From Ophelia neglecta (lineage: Eukaryota), in assembly GCA_965285935.1 (NCBI GenBank), contig OZ260663.1, positions 50,902,001 through 50,966,000 on the forward strand: a DNA stretch of 64,000 nucleotides, written 5' to 3'. Each line of letters opens with the position of its first letter. The stretch's first letter is position 1. The position numbers and the translations under genes were made by a program. The notes under the pieces were generated by a model, which saw only the letters and a program-made list of their open reading frames with translations, did no database searches and was not told the DNA's origin. Shown here one piece after another: positions 51,801 through 63,330 of the stretch.

Positions 51801-52105
51801 GGGGGGTCGGTTGGTTGGCCTCTTGTCTTATCATGGTTACCACTAGGCCTAATGCTCTCAATTTGAAATCAATGAAACTCCCTAAGTTTTCAAACTCTTC
51901 TTCATACTTTTTTTTCCTCTCAATGATTGTGACCCAAAGCTCTATATTATGTCAAAATGTCTAACATCAGTTTAAAATGATTTCATTATTCACATGTGCT
52001 GTGTATTTTGTGTAGGTTTCCCACAGTCAGGAATGTCAGGACGTACTGAAGTTTATTGGCCAGTGGTGCGGAGCCACCCCAAATCCCAGCTACTCATTCC
52101 AGTGA
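30829..52105 (+). CDS. IFT172: Intraflagellar transport protein 172 (IFT-B; WD40 + TPR-like repeats), 39 coding exons, 1752 aa
   Basis: Exons: 30829-30867, 33489-33632, 33898-34010, 34265-34450, 34581-34668, 34880-35094, 35399-35522, 35630-35725, 36211-36372, 36716-36769, 36890-36993, 37495-37580, 37800-37864, 38100-38213, 38372-38473, 38758-38894, 39047-39154, 39337-39421, 39818-39988, 40088-40264, 40626-40776, 41260-41380, 42563-42777, 42919-43021, 43485-43638, 43748-44007, 44232-44390, 44499-44789, 44881-45016, 45211-45309, 45515-45624, 45910-45973, 46108-46194, 46462-46689, 46853-47068, 47688-47846, 51250-51403, 51525-51616, 52016-52105. Total 5259 nt, in frame, all GT-AG. Diagnostic peptides: [78 protein letters not shown]. 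Confidence 0.98.
31002..31346. mobile_element. Non-autonomous TIR element with poly-G/poly-C ends in IFT172 intron 1
   Basis: Ends c(G)nCACT ... AGTG(C)nGG; about six internal copies of aggggtcgaaattctaca. No TSD identified. Confidence 0.65.
31955..32129. mobile_element. MITE with perfect 14-bp TIR (hAT-like ends)
   Basis: cagtggtttcaata ... tattgaaaccactg; no TSD recognisable. Confidence 0.7.
40369..40537. mobile_element. Tc1/mariner-pogo-type MITE in IFT172 intron 20
   Basis: TA|tagtggtccctg ... cagggaccactg|TA, with an internal duplicated ttgcaggtggcccttcat; same architecture as the element at 14045. Confidence 0.8.
41782..42478. mobile_element. Young non-autonomous hAT element (697 bp) in IFT172 intron 22
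   Basis: 17-bp TIR cagggactggcacgatt / aatcgtgccggtccctg (one mismatch); perfect 8-bp TSD ccctcctc at 41774-41781 and 42479-42486; subterminal (CGATTT)n arrays at both ends. Confidence 0.92.
48801..49580. repeat. 29-bp minisatellite, ~27 copies, in IFT172 intron 36
   Basis: Unit ~ttagttaatgctgtgggcctagcattgcc; ttagt recurs at 48801, 48830, 48859, 48888 and onward. Confidence 0.95.
50560..51030. mobile_element. Two partial pogo-type MITE copies
   Basis: A right end caggtttcactg|TA at ~50633-50646 and a left end TA|cagtaaaacctg at 50870, matching the TIR family at 14045 and 40369. Confidence 0.55.
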
Positions 52106-55100
52106 ATAAATGGTGGAAATGTTCGCATCTGAACTTGCATTGAAAATGTTGTAATCAAGATCTGTCCTAATGTTTCTGGAGCCTGATGAAATCATAGAAC
52201 CCATACCCGGTTCTTACACTTTTATGTAGCATTTCCTCCCAAGTTTTCTTTTTTTTCTGGAAAACCCTTTGGTTTAATAATGGAGGTGTGATAAAGTGCA
52301 TTGCTGCCTTTTAATGAAACTCTTTATGTAGTACGATTTGCACTTTGCAAATGTGCTTTTGCAAGGCTTTAATTTCAGTTGTGACATATTAGCAAAAATT
52401 CGGCAATACAAGAGTGTGCAAAATTGGCAAAATAGAACGTTTCAGTACACAGTACCTCATGAGTTAGCCACATTACATTTCTTTATGGCATCTTCTCTGT
52501 TTTAAATAAAACAGTTGAAGTGCAATGAAGACATGTTATTTAGCTAATTATGAGTAGTCTGTTAATCACCTTGTTTAGATTTATAGGTGAGACCTGCTTT
52601 TACTAGATTCACTGAATGATTTCTTGAAACTGGTAATGAGCTTCTGGCTTCAGAAAAAGCCTACTGAATTAATGGTGATATGTAGGAACTAAAATCCACA
52701 TTCTATCATAAAGCTCTAATTTTCCATTTTTGCAGTTGTCAGGAATTATTAACAAGTTCAGCTTGAATAAATTTTGTTTTGCTTGAAATTATGTGGAAAG
52801 TTGATAGGAATTTTTTTGAAAATTCCTCAATGGCATTATGCCAATTGGACATGCAAATTTCCCAAAAATATGTATGAAAGTTAATTCATGGTAGCCCTAC
52901 TGTACTGAAGCTTTTAATGCACGATTGATGGAAAATTGTTAAAATTTTGGCTCCAGAATAACTAGTTATAATCTACTACCGCCTACCTTTGATGGTTATG
53001 TAATGCTTTAAATTAGCTGAGTAGAAAACTATCGGTGGAAGTTATTTTCTGTAAAAAGTTCTTTGGATTTAATTGACCTGTGATAAAAATGTATGTTTTG
53101 TATAGTAGTTGTTTGCCTGTAATTTAAATGTTCACATTGTTCCATCCTGAAGCTGAAAAATAAACCACGTCTCACGATTATTTATGGCTTATTTTTTTTG
53201 TAGCTTGACATTTGTGATAATTTAAAATGCCTAATGGAGAGCCTATCTAAAGGTCACTGCTTATGAAAAGCTCAATCCTGAACCAGGGCTTTTTCAGTCA
53301 TTTCTTGAATTCACCATCTTGGTTTTTATCTTGCTTTCACAGCCATTCCATTACTTTTTTCCTCCAAAAATAGTAGGCGGTGTGCCCTGTCGTGTTGAAT
53401 AAGGACAAGGGAGAATTTTTTGTCTGGAATTTATTTTGCGATTTATTTCATTGTTTTGAAATTAAATTTGGGATTTAATGGAATAAGGACCCTAGGGCTC
53501 ATACTGTTGTAGAAATTATTTGTCATTTATAAACTGGTCTAATGTGGAGCTTCAAAATTAAACTTTCATAAAAAATGTTCTCTAAAGTAGGAGGTAGCCC
53601 CAAAAAGTTAAAACTATATTTACGTGGTGACCCCATCCAAATGTATCACTCTACAATATAGTTTTCTCATATTATGTTGAATTCATACAAATAAAAAGAA
53701 TAGAAAACATTAACCAGAAAAATGGCGCTGTAATGATACTGGATATAAACGCAGGCCTATTATTATTGTGCATTTATAATAGATAAGACCTACATGTATA
53801 GACCACGAGTAAATTAGCGCCTCGTTTTGAGCGCAATGACAACAAAGTTTTTATACAATCGGATACACCATAAGCTTAAAACCAGACAGTCATAGAAAGA
53901 TGGAGTTGAAGCTGAGAATTAAGATTGCCTGAAAATACAAAAACCCGAGACAAAAACATAAGCCTTTCATTAATTATCCTGACAGCATTAACACGCATTT
54001 CTTCATCTGCCATGTTATTGTCAATAGGCCTATGTCATAATGTACAGATGAAGCGCGCACGAGTCTCTTTGAGAGCTAGGGAAGGGAGCATGCAAGCAAA
54101 CAAATCTTCAGTTTTATCAAAAGGAAAAAAATAGTCATCTTATGAGAAGATTAGGACCAGATCTCTCACTAAGCATGTTAATTATACTAACGAGCAAGAA
54201 GCTAGACCAGGTAAAATATGCCCTATTTGATATCGAATGAAATGAGTGAAATAAAGAAATAAAATTGCCTTGAGTGATCGATATGCTATAAAATACAATG
54301 TATGGGCTGACTTTTCACATGTTTTCATTGGAATCACGATAACAAGGAACATGGCGTAAATTCGGTTTTAATAGACAGGTGGTACACTCTTAAATAATAT
54401 ATAAAAGATAAATACTAACATGCCACCCTATAGGTATATAAACTGCTCGTCACGGGTGCGCAGCATAGGCATAGACAAACATCTTATGTAACACAGAGTT
54501 TAATGGCTTAAATAAGTAATTGTAATCGGCTAAAAACGGCCCCGGCAGCTATAAGCTGAGCATGTTTATTTTTCTTAAAGCACAACATGTTTTGTGAAGG
54601 GTGTATAGAGAGAATAATTTCTCGAAAGCAACACCAGTCCCTGTCCGAATTTTGATGTTGGGGGGCGCGCCTGTATGAATAAAAATGAACATTTTTTAAG
54701 TGGAAGATGAAGCCGCAGGAGTTTTTAATGTGTACAAAGAGTTTAATTTGAAAAATGTATTGCTGAAGTGGTGCTTAACAGATGTGCTTAGGTGATCTTA
54801 AATTGTTACACGTGTACTTTTAATTTATTTACCATCTGTCATTTCTCTTTACATATTGGTCCGTAGGTTTATAGATACATTGATGTTGTATTTTATCATT
54901 CCATTAACATAGTTTCCTACCGAAAAAGCATTTCTATCTACTACCCCCCCCCCCCCCCCCCCGCCATTTATCTACTTAATCATCTTCTTTTGAACATACA
55001 GTGTTACTTATATTGGTCAAATGACTTTGTGAAAATAGATGACTGTAGGGTTGTACTTGATATCAGTTTTGATTAAACTATATATTAATTTAATATATGG

Positions 55101-56180
55101 GCCATAGTTCCTTAAAATTTGGTTCCATCTGTTCAATTTTGACTTTCAGATGTTATAATACTATTTCTAAAATTAATTACTGAACGATTCAGACCAATAC
55201 ATCGTCGTATGTCTATATATATTACCAATTTAAATTTCCTTCACACATGCTTCCATAAGAGCTTGACAGTCAGACTTGTTCTGTATGAGAGTCAGACTTC
55301 ACCTTACAATAGAAAGCATATATCGAAAGTTGGGGGCCGCCATTTCAAAGATGTTTTCAGAACTGAACTTGTAACATGTACGTAGGGTCAATTCCCTAAA
55401 ATCGCGTTTCCTGCCCTGATTATTGGAATAGACCATGAAACAACGTAGTAAGCGTATGTAGGAATACATTAAGTTGTAGGCTTATAGTCAGTGTATTTAT
55501 ATTCTGTGCTTTAAGAAATGCATGCATGGTCCACCATAACAGGAATGGATCCATTCAATGCAATGTAAATATAGGCACATAAAAAACAGGAACCTGTATA
55601 CTAACTTATTTAATAGATTTATAAGGTGTAGTGATTTAATATACTCATATAGGCATATATATTACTTTACCAATGTTGACTTTTCATATTATGGCGTATA
55701 TATACAAAGCTCTCTGTATTATTATTAACATTATTCCACAGGGTTAAATTGTTTAACCAAACAACAAGTGTAGGTTCTCGCACGCCACCCTATATGAGTT
55801 TGCGGCGATGAACTATCTCTGGCGCCAGAAACATCCAGTAACGATGATATGTAAACTTACATAGTTGTGTTTATTGCCCCTACTATGCAATTATTACCAT
55901 TGTCATCTCACCAATTGTTTCTTCTGATCGAGAATTTTTCGTTATTCTGGTGGTTACACGAGTGTGTTATACTGTAAACATAAAACCCTTCAATATGCCT
56001 TGTTGCAATGTGGGCATTTTAGAACATACTAACATCATATAATCGCCATATTTTAACTCCCACAAATTGTATCGCCAGTTTGTATCACTTTGGTCTACCT
56101 TCATGTGCTCTCCTAATGGTTCAATTTCTCCATCGATTGCGGTTTTTTTTATTAAGTAGATTCCGAACCAATAAATCTGA

Positions 56181-56862
56181 AAGATGAGCGCTTTTTTCAG
56201 CTTATACTAACAAGTTGGTTATTTCTATGCGAGCTTGTTTGTATAAAATTGTTTTTACCTGCATAATGTTTTGAAATTATTCTTTCATGTTGAGGGGTTA
56301 TTTTTGGGTGAATGAACTAATAAGTTTCCTATTTCCACAATTTTTAAAATAAAAAGTTATTTTGGAGACACCAAAAGTCATTACAAACATCCAATTATTT
56401 GACATGTTGTACTTGAATATCTAACTAAAAGAAAAATTAGGGGTCCCCATGCTTTTTTCAAGATATAACAAGTACATCTAGTTTTAGACTAAGTTGGCCC
56501 AAAAAGGACTAAATTAATGCATAAAAAAGGCCAATTATACCAGAGGAGTGCAATTTCAAAACCTGCTAGTTTTCCTAAGAGAGCGGTGACCGCTAATATT
56601 TATGTCATTTATTGGTTGAATAGATAATCAGCAACAATGTTCTAAATATTTGGATGTATGTAATGAGTTCGAGTACCTAATGATAATATTTTTCGAAAAA
56701 ATGTATAAAAACGACTATTTTTGAAGTTTATTGACCCCAATTTACCGCTAAACAAAGCATTATAATTTCAAATATTTATGCAGGTTAAACCGTTTTATGC
56801 AAGTATAGTCTCTGATAGAAATAACACCAATGTTGATATGACTTGACAAAAGGTACCCATTT
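56181..56862. repeat. Long imperfect inverted repeat (decayed foldback element)
   Basis: The arms pair in register: gttatttctat..ttgtataaaa..ttacctgcataa..tttgaaattat with ataatttcaaa..ttatgcaggtt..ttttatgcaa..atagaaataac; tcattacaaacatccaa with ttggatgtatgtaatga; attaggggtcccc with gcggtgaccgctaat. Centre ~56520. Confidence 0.8.
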
Positions 56863-57287
56863 GGAGTTCCATTACTTTGGTACTCCCTTGCGTTGTTGGA
56901 ACTGTCTGCCGGAACAATATTGGCTAAATTTGACAAGAACTACAAAGATAGAATGATCAAAGAATCACATTTTATACGCATGACAATTCATTAAAGTAAA
57001 AAAAAATCCGTAGAAATGATACGGCTTTATTCACTACAAAAATGATTCTGTCTAAGCTTTTAATTACCATTAAGAAAACATTTATATTCTAATTCGTTCT
57101 TCAAACGCATATTATTGTAGAAATCTCGCAAATGTCTTGTCATGCATCGATTACAAACCTAGCTTAGCGTATTGTATCGCTTTGATTCTCTCTTGGGCCC
57201 GAAACATTAATGGTTCATGCTATCTTCAGAAGTGCTGTCCATGGTTGATTCTTGTGGGCGTACTTTATTTTAATGTTGACCTTTTAC

Positions 57288-57372
57288 TAATCATTGTTAT
57301 ACTTCCTTTTGCTATAAGAAATGAAAATCATATAATCATTGTCATATTTCCTTTTGCTGTAAGAAATGAAAA
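57288..57372. repeat. ~45-bp tandem duplication
   Basis: taatcattgt.ata.ttccttttgct.taagaaatgaaaa occurs twice. Confidence 0.8.
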
Positions 57373-58058
57373 CTGGCGTTCTTCATATAATGCAGCTAAT
57401 CACTATTTTGGCCATCATTTTCCGTTCACGCACGCACGACGCACGCACGACGCATCAATTTCAGCCTCAATTCAACACCTTAGAGAAAATAACTTCAGTT
57501 TATTTTGCAATAGAGTTGTCACTGAAGATAAAGGCCGGAATATTGCTGCACGTCACAAAAGACTTTCGCTGTCGCAAAGCTTACTACCATTAAATTATAA
57601 AAACTTGTTCAAGAGCAGATGCTTTAAGAATACAAAAAGATAGACATGTTTTTTAGCCAAACGGTATTGTGTCTTGTTAGTAAGCCTTTATGTAGTTGGT
57701 AAGCTTTCAGTTTTCTTTTGATCATAATCTGCGGATGACTGGATTTGAAAGTTGAAAAGGTTATATTATCCTACAATATATAGGAGGCTCACTCAAATCT
57801 GACAATAGTGTAGATTAAGAGCTGTCAAAACTAGCTAAAACTAAAGTACGGATCCTTGCCCAAGTCATACAACTTTTCGTGTAGCCGACTCTTAGCTGCA
57901 TTTACTCTTGGTCTCCGGACTTGTAAATCTCGGTAAAGTACTTGAGGCCAACCCTCTTCTACCCTGAATACATTTTTTGATTAGCAATAGGCCTAAGCAG
58001 AACCTGCCGTTTAAGAATTTCTCACGGCGGTGTCCGTGCTAAGTTTATGCATATGTTT

Positions 58059-58270
58059 CAGGGGCGGATCCATGAATTTCCAGGGGGGGGGGGCACTCCA
58101 TGTGGAGGCATTCAAAAGCGGGGGGGCGGGGGGGGGCACAGAAGCTGGGGTGGGTACATACATGCATCTAGTTGCCTATGTTTTGGGCGCCTAAATGGGC
58201 TTGTTCAGAGTAAAAAAAAATTGGTGGGTGGAGGGGGGGGGGGGGGGCAGGCCCCCTGGATCCGCCCCTG
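58059..58270. mobile_element. 212-bp MITE, CAGGGGCGGATCCA TIR, 5-bp TSD
   Basis: Perfect 14-bp TIR caggggcggatcca / tggatccgcccctg; TGTTT on both sides (58054-58058, 58271-58275). Confidence 0.88.
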
Positions 58271-59963
58271 TGTTTCCAGTGAATATTCGGTGAACACCAC
58301 ACTCGCTGAGAAAGTCGCACAGTTGGTGATGGTCAATGAGGTAAAATCTCTTGTTCAAGACATTGTACGTGGAGCCATATATTTGTTTACACACAGATTT
58401 AAACAACTGTGCATACGAAACCAAGGTGGCTGCTGTCAATGTTTGCCCCTCGAGCGACGCTGCCTAGCAACAACGAGCGTGGTGCATACTACTAAAGCGG
58501 GTTACACCCACTTATTCAAAATCTTACCCTAACTACTGACCTGGATGTGGGAAAATGTATACGTAAAACTGTTATGTATAAAAAAAAGTATGACCCTAAT
58601 CGAAGACTAGTGTTGTTGAACGGGAAAATCATTTATTGCTAGATGTTGCCACGTGTTTGGGCAAGAAGTATTCTGACCGGGAAAACGTTGCTGCAGTTAG
58701 AGTAGGTCTAAACGTGTAGGCCTACGCTGATTCTGGTCCGACTATGAAAAACAAACTTTTCCCGCATTTTTTTGACGGACCTGACTACACCTTCTCCCAA
58801 GTATAGGCCTATTTAGTCACATGATTAAAGTGGGAAGCAGTAACCAATTCATTTGATATTGTTTGCCCTTTCGCAGAATATTTGAACTGTTCACCTGCAA
58901 GTAGACCTTTCGCAACGAGTCAAGTGCATGCATATGGTTGACCCAATCACTCCCACTTGACCTATTCATAAAGACACATCTTATTTCCGTTCTAGGTATG
59001 TTCTAATTATATTGTGTCCTTGGGAAGCACCTTTCAAGCAAGGAAACCCTCGAAATGCCCTTAATTATAATCGACTTCTAAATGTGCGAGCAAAGTCTGC
59101 AGTCTCTTGACATTCTTGGGTATAGGCCTAGTGCCCCTCGACTCGGATATTGATCAAAGTGCCCCTTACAAATGCTTAGTAATTCTGAAGAAAAAAAAAA
59201 CGATGGTGCACGATCCGAGCTATTGGCACCCTTTCAAAATTTTGAACAATTAAAAAAATTAAATGAAAGCATCACAAGTTTATAAAAACGGCATTACCCT
59301 AGATGAATTCAACTAAAAATGCATGTGGATACGAAGATTGTTATCTTGTAACTGACTTGTTTTTGTTAAAACTTGTTACATTTTACTAGCAATTTTAGAT
59401 TATAGATTTTATCCGCAATGGCTGATTTAATGGAACCTGAATCATGTTGTAGTGTAATTTTAAATATCATAGTGCGTGCTATGTATATATTTTATTTATA
59501 ACCGTCTTTAACTTTAATTTTATAAATGTATATAATCTCATCGCTCTTAATTTGTATGGCGCCTTTATCGCAGTTTTAAAAGATAATTCAATATAATTGT
59601 GTCGGAAATTAAACATTATCTTCTATGTAATATAACTCCTACCATTTGTATGTTTACCAACTTTTTTGTATGGATTTTTCTCTCAACTTATATTATCATC
59701 TAATTCTATCTAATTCATTTTTGTAAATATTGTTTTAATGTTTGTTTAGGAACTACCCCTTTTAAGTTTCAGGATTCTGTAAAATCTGAGTATGAAATTA
59801 AATAGATTTAAACCAACACATTGTCATGCCATTTATAAGCATGTCATGGTGTCAGCCTGTTCATTAATTAAAAGAAGAGGGGTCTTTTTTCAGAATATTT
59901 CAAAGTCGAATTGCCACGAGTAATAAAATAAACAGTGGTTCCGCGTTACCCAGATCACTTTGT

Positions 59964-60227
59964 AGTTAAACCTTTTTGCAGAATGAACGCAAAAAAACCT
60001 GTGGCAGTTATAAGGCAAACTATAACAAATAATTTTTTTTGTAACCATATTCACACCCCGAAATAATGACTTAAGCAAAATGGATAGTGGGGAAGTTAAA
60101 CCGTTTTGCAGAACGAACGCAAAAAACATGTGGCAGATATAAGGCAAACTAATTTATAAATGATAATTTCTCTTGTAACCAATTTCACACCCCGAAATAA
60201 TGACTTAGGCAAAATGGACAGTGGGGA
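59964..60227. repeat. Direct tandem duplication, two ~130-bp copies
   Basis: agttaaacc.ttttgcagaa.gaacgcaaaaaa...tcacaccccgaaataatgactta.gcaaaatgga.agtgggga occurs twice. Confidence 0.88.
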
Positions 60228-60429
60228 CTTGGACTTATTGCTGAATTGGCCACTAGCCTATAATAACAATATTTTGACTCTCGCATTTATATTTCTTGTT
60301 ATCTTATTTTTATCTTTTTCCAGTAATGGAATCAGTCCATGCTCCCTACATATTTTCGCAAAATTAGCAAGCAGCATGAACAAATTAAAATGTCCTTTTT
60401 ACTGAAATGCTTCACATATATTTTATGCT

Positions 60430-61120
60430 ATTCGCTGCAGGGTGCTGCCGGTTTGGCGAGTACCGGTACGCTGTGGGCGCCACCTAGCGGCATTTTTATT
60501 CACGATGGCATGATGCCCTAATCAGTGCTTACCGCTGTTACCGGTATATTCGGTCCGTGGTGGCTCGAATGTTGTTAACGCAAGTAAGTTTATTAACAGA
60601 TCAAGTTTCGCCTTTCGGTTATATATCCAGGATGAAGATTCGTTTAACTAGGTAGGTGAGGACTAGGACAGGAAATACTATTGGATACGCAAAGAACCGC
60701 TCACAGGAAATGAACAAAAATCGTGAAAACTTTAATTGGATAACCCAGGTGATAGGTTGCAGGGAGTATTATCGGAGCACGCAATGAAGGAATGGAAATG
60801 GGAAATACGCACATGCGCCGGTACACTCTTTGTTCAGTGTTGAGCCGTGCATCCCAAGCGCATAAGTTTGCAATGAAGGCGAGGAAAAAGAGACAGCGAA
60901 CAAGGGACATATACTGATCTTGTCGAAATAAGCTGACACTCCTTGTAATTACTTTGGTGAGTGTGCACGCAGCGAAACCACTGAGCGCTTGATAAAACGG
61001 ATCGAACGGCGTATCTGAGTGACGCATGGCTTTTGGCATAAAGAACACAACACCCGTGAGCTAACTTGCCAGCTCTTATTTAGAAACAGTTTTCACAGGA
61101 CGTGGCTACTACTGGTAAGA
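60430..61120 (+). promoter_or_regulatory. CpG-rich putative promoter / non-coding first exon(s) of a downstream gene
   Basis: CpG-dense patch; Inr-like TCAGT at 60522; donors GTAAGT (60584) and GTAAGA (61115); acceptor-like sites at ~63416 and ~63639 and a donor at ~63957. No recognisable coding exon in the window. Confidence 0.35.
60477..60490 (-). promoter_or_regulatory. CTCF-binding motif candidate
   Basis: GCGCCACCTAGCGG, i.e. CCGCTAGGTGGCGC on the minus strand, a close match to the CTCF core consensus. Confidence 0.55.
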
Positions 61121-63254
61121 AATTTGTTTTCAAACTGAGAAACAGTTTCAAGAGGTCGTAGCTACTACTGATAGCAAATTTGTTTTCAAACGGAGAATAT
61201 TTCAGAGATGTAACAACAAAGTTTTAATGCATTCATAGGTTATCAGTCAGTTTATATTTATACAGTTCGGTTTGATGTATATGCCTATAGGTCTTTATGA
61301 TCTGTACGGCTAAAATTACATTAGGAATGTTAGCAAAATTGTAATGAAAGGAATACTAACTTAAAGTTACACAACACTTTTTTAAATATCGGGATTGTCC
61401 TGTTTGTTTGAATGTAAAATATCCTTATCAACAGAAAACTCGCTGAAGCATGTTTGGCACGCTATAAATTTACTAGTCTGTGAGCAATCAACATGCTGCA
61501 CATCACACGGGCTTCAATTCGCTTTTTGCGTCATTTGTACCTTATCTATCGCGCCTACAGGCCGTGCCAAATGAACTTCCCGTCTCTTCGTTCTGTGAAG
61601 ATTGTCGACGTATAATTCGTCGTGAGCTATGCCATCGTGAATAAAAATGTCTTTTATAGGGGGCGGCCAGTATCTATCACCGTCGGAGGGGGGGGGGGGG
61701 GCACTGGTTTGGGGAATGACATACCCTATTTATGAACCGCCATCACAGAGCGGGTTTTTTTGTGAGCCCCCTTTCCCCCCATAACAAGGTGGTTTGTGTT
61801 TATGACCCCTCCTTGCTGTTTTACGATTGTACCACCGTTACGCAGTGGGCGTGTGCCACAGGTACTCATTGATGCTGGAGGGACAAGGGCCTGCGAAGAT
61901 TTACTTGCCTTATTAGGTAAAGTTTACCTCCAAGAGCTGGAAATCATGAAGTTAGAAAAGCAATTTAACGTGGGCTTATTAAATTTGGACTTCCTCCAAA
62001 AGTCAAAAATAGAACTTACCTGCAGTGTGGCTACCATCAAAGTCTATGTTGTTTTCAACAACGTTCATAAGGGGAAAGAAAAGAAATTGAAAAAGGCAGA
62101 ACTTAGCTGAATATAGAAGTTTATAAGAACTGTTGACATTGTGTGTAAATTATCCATAAAGTTATTTCATAATATTTCATCAGAAAAATAATTTTCTGCA
62201 ATCCAATGAAAATGCACAATAAATGAAAGTCAGAAAAATTCTAATAGTGTCCTGCAATCATTTTTAATGGATGGCCTGCATACACACACAAATCATAAGC
62301 AAATGAAGCACAAATGTCATTATTATTTCAAGCTATAGATTAGTAGGTAAACTATTGTTGAATTCTCCGCTTTAAAGGCAAAAATGCCAAATTTTTTGTA
62401 GAATATAGTCTTACATTAATTAATATTGACTTCATATATTAAACCAAAGTCCAAACTCTTTCTTTCTCTCATATTTGATGCATCCACCTGTGACTCAGCC
62501 AGGCTAAATTGCAAGGCAAAAGAAAATATCTTGTTTTTTGATATAAGGAAATGGACAGTCTTTTTTCCCCTGGGGAAAACTGAATTCCCCGATGGAAAAA
62601 TATTATTTTTTCTATGAAAATTTTAATTTGGCCTGGATTCTTTCCCTATATTTCGTCTTACCATAAGTAAATGTGCCTATTAAGGCAGGACTCGTTTGGT
62701 GGTAAAACTTGCCGGCGTTTTTCACTTGAGTAATGTTTTTGCGTTGAGGTAGTACAAGTGTTATCCGGCTAGGATAACCGTTTGAGTAGCCTAATTGAAT
62801 TGTGTTTACATAAAACGTTTTAAAGGTGTACCTACATATACTTATTGCTTTATTTCCAGTTACACAAATTACTAATAAACAATGTCCAAACACTATTTTT
62901 TTGTTAATTTAATCAATTTCCACAAGATAGCTTTATTTTGCCTGTAACTTTATATTATCAGTACGTCAATTAACTTGTATCTTTTTCTATATTTTAAATT
63001 TTTTGGACTACTTCAGTTTTTATCCTGTCATGTTCATATTTGATCCGTCACTTGTGTTACTCACTTGTAATTCATCATGATTGCAGTATTAATCCAAACA
63101 AACCTACATATAATGGCTTCCAGGGCTCACGGACTTCTGCTTTTGTTGGCGTCCTGTACGCACACACTTACTATAATTCTAATGTAACTTTTCTTTATCA
63201 TGTCGCTTGCAATTATTTATATTTACCTGTACTTTTATTGTGTGAGACGAATAA

Positions 63255-63330
63255 TACCAACTACTACTACCACTACTACCACCACTACAACTACCACCAT
63301 TACTACTACTGCTTCTGTTGCTGCTGTTGC
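63255..63330. repeat. Compound trinucleotide microsatellite (CTA/CCA/CTG)n
   Basis: ctactactaccactactaccaccactacaactaccaccattactactactgcttctgttgctgctg. Confidence 0.9.

Noticed and set aside
12303-52105. U12-type or non-canonical introns, selenocysteine or stop read-through
   Set aside because: All 50 reconstructed introns are GT-AG without the GTATCCTT donor, and no in-frame stops were found in the three CDSs.
2340-52200. Hammerhead ribozyme cores at CTGATGA/CTGAAGA sites (e.g. 2344, 3011, 21173 minus, 21727, 25777 minus, 50252, 52183)
   Set aside because: None has a paired stem II followed by GAAA in the right position.
57137-57643. 168-aa ORF, the longest in the track
   Set aside because: Non-ATG start, built from a 45-bp duplication and CACG microsatellite-like repeats, with no domain.
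58047-58532. 161-aa Gly-rich ORF
   Set aside because: It reads through the poly-G MITE at 58059-58270.
61796-62110. 104-aa ORF containing GGTR
   Set aside because: It starts within a repeat fragment and the motif similarity is too weak to call.
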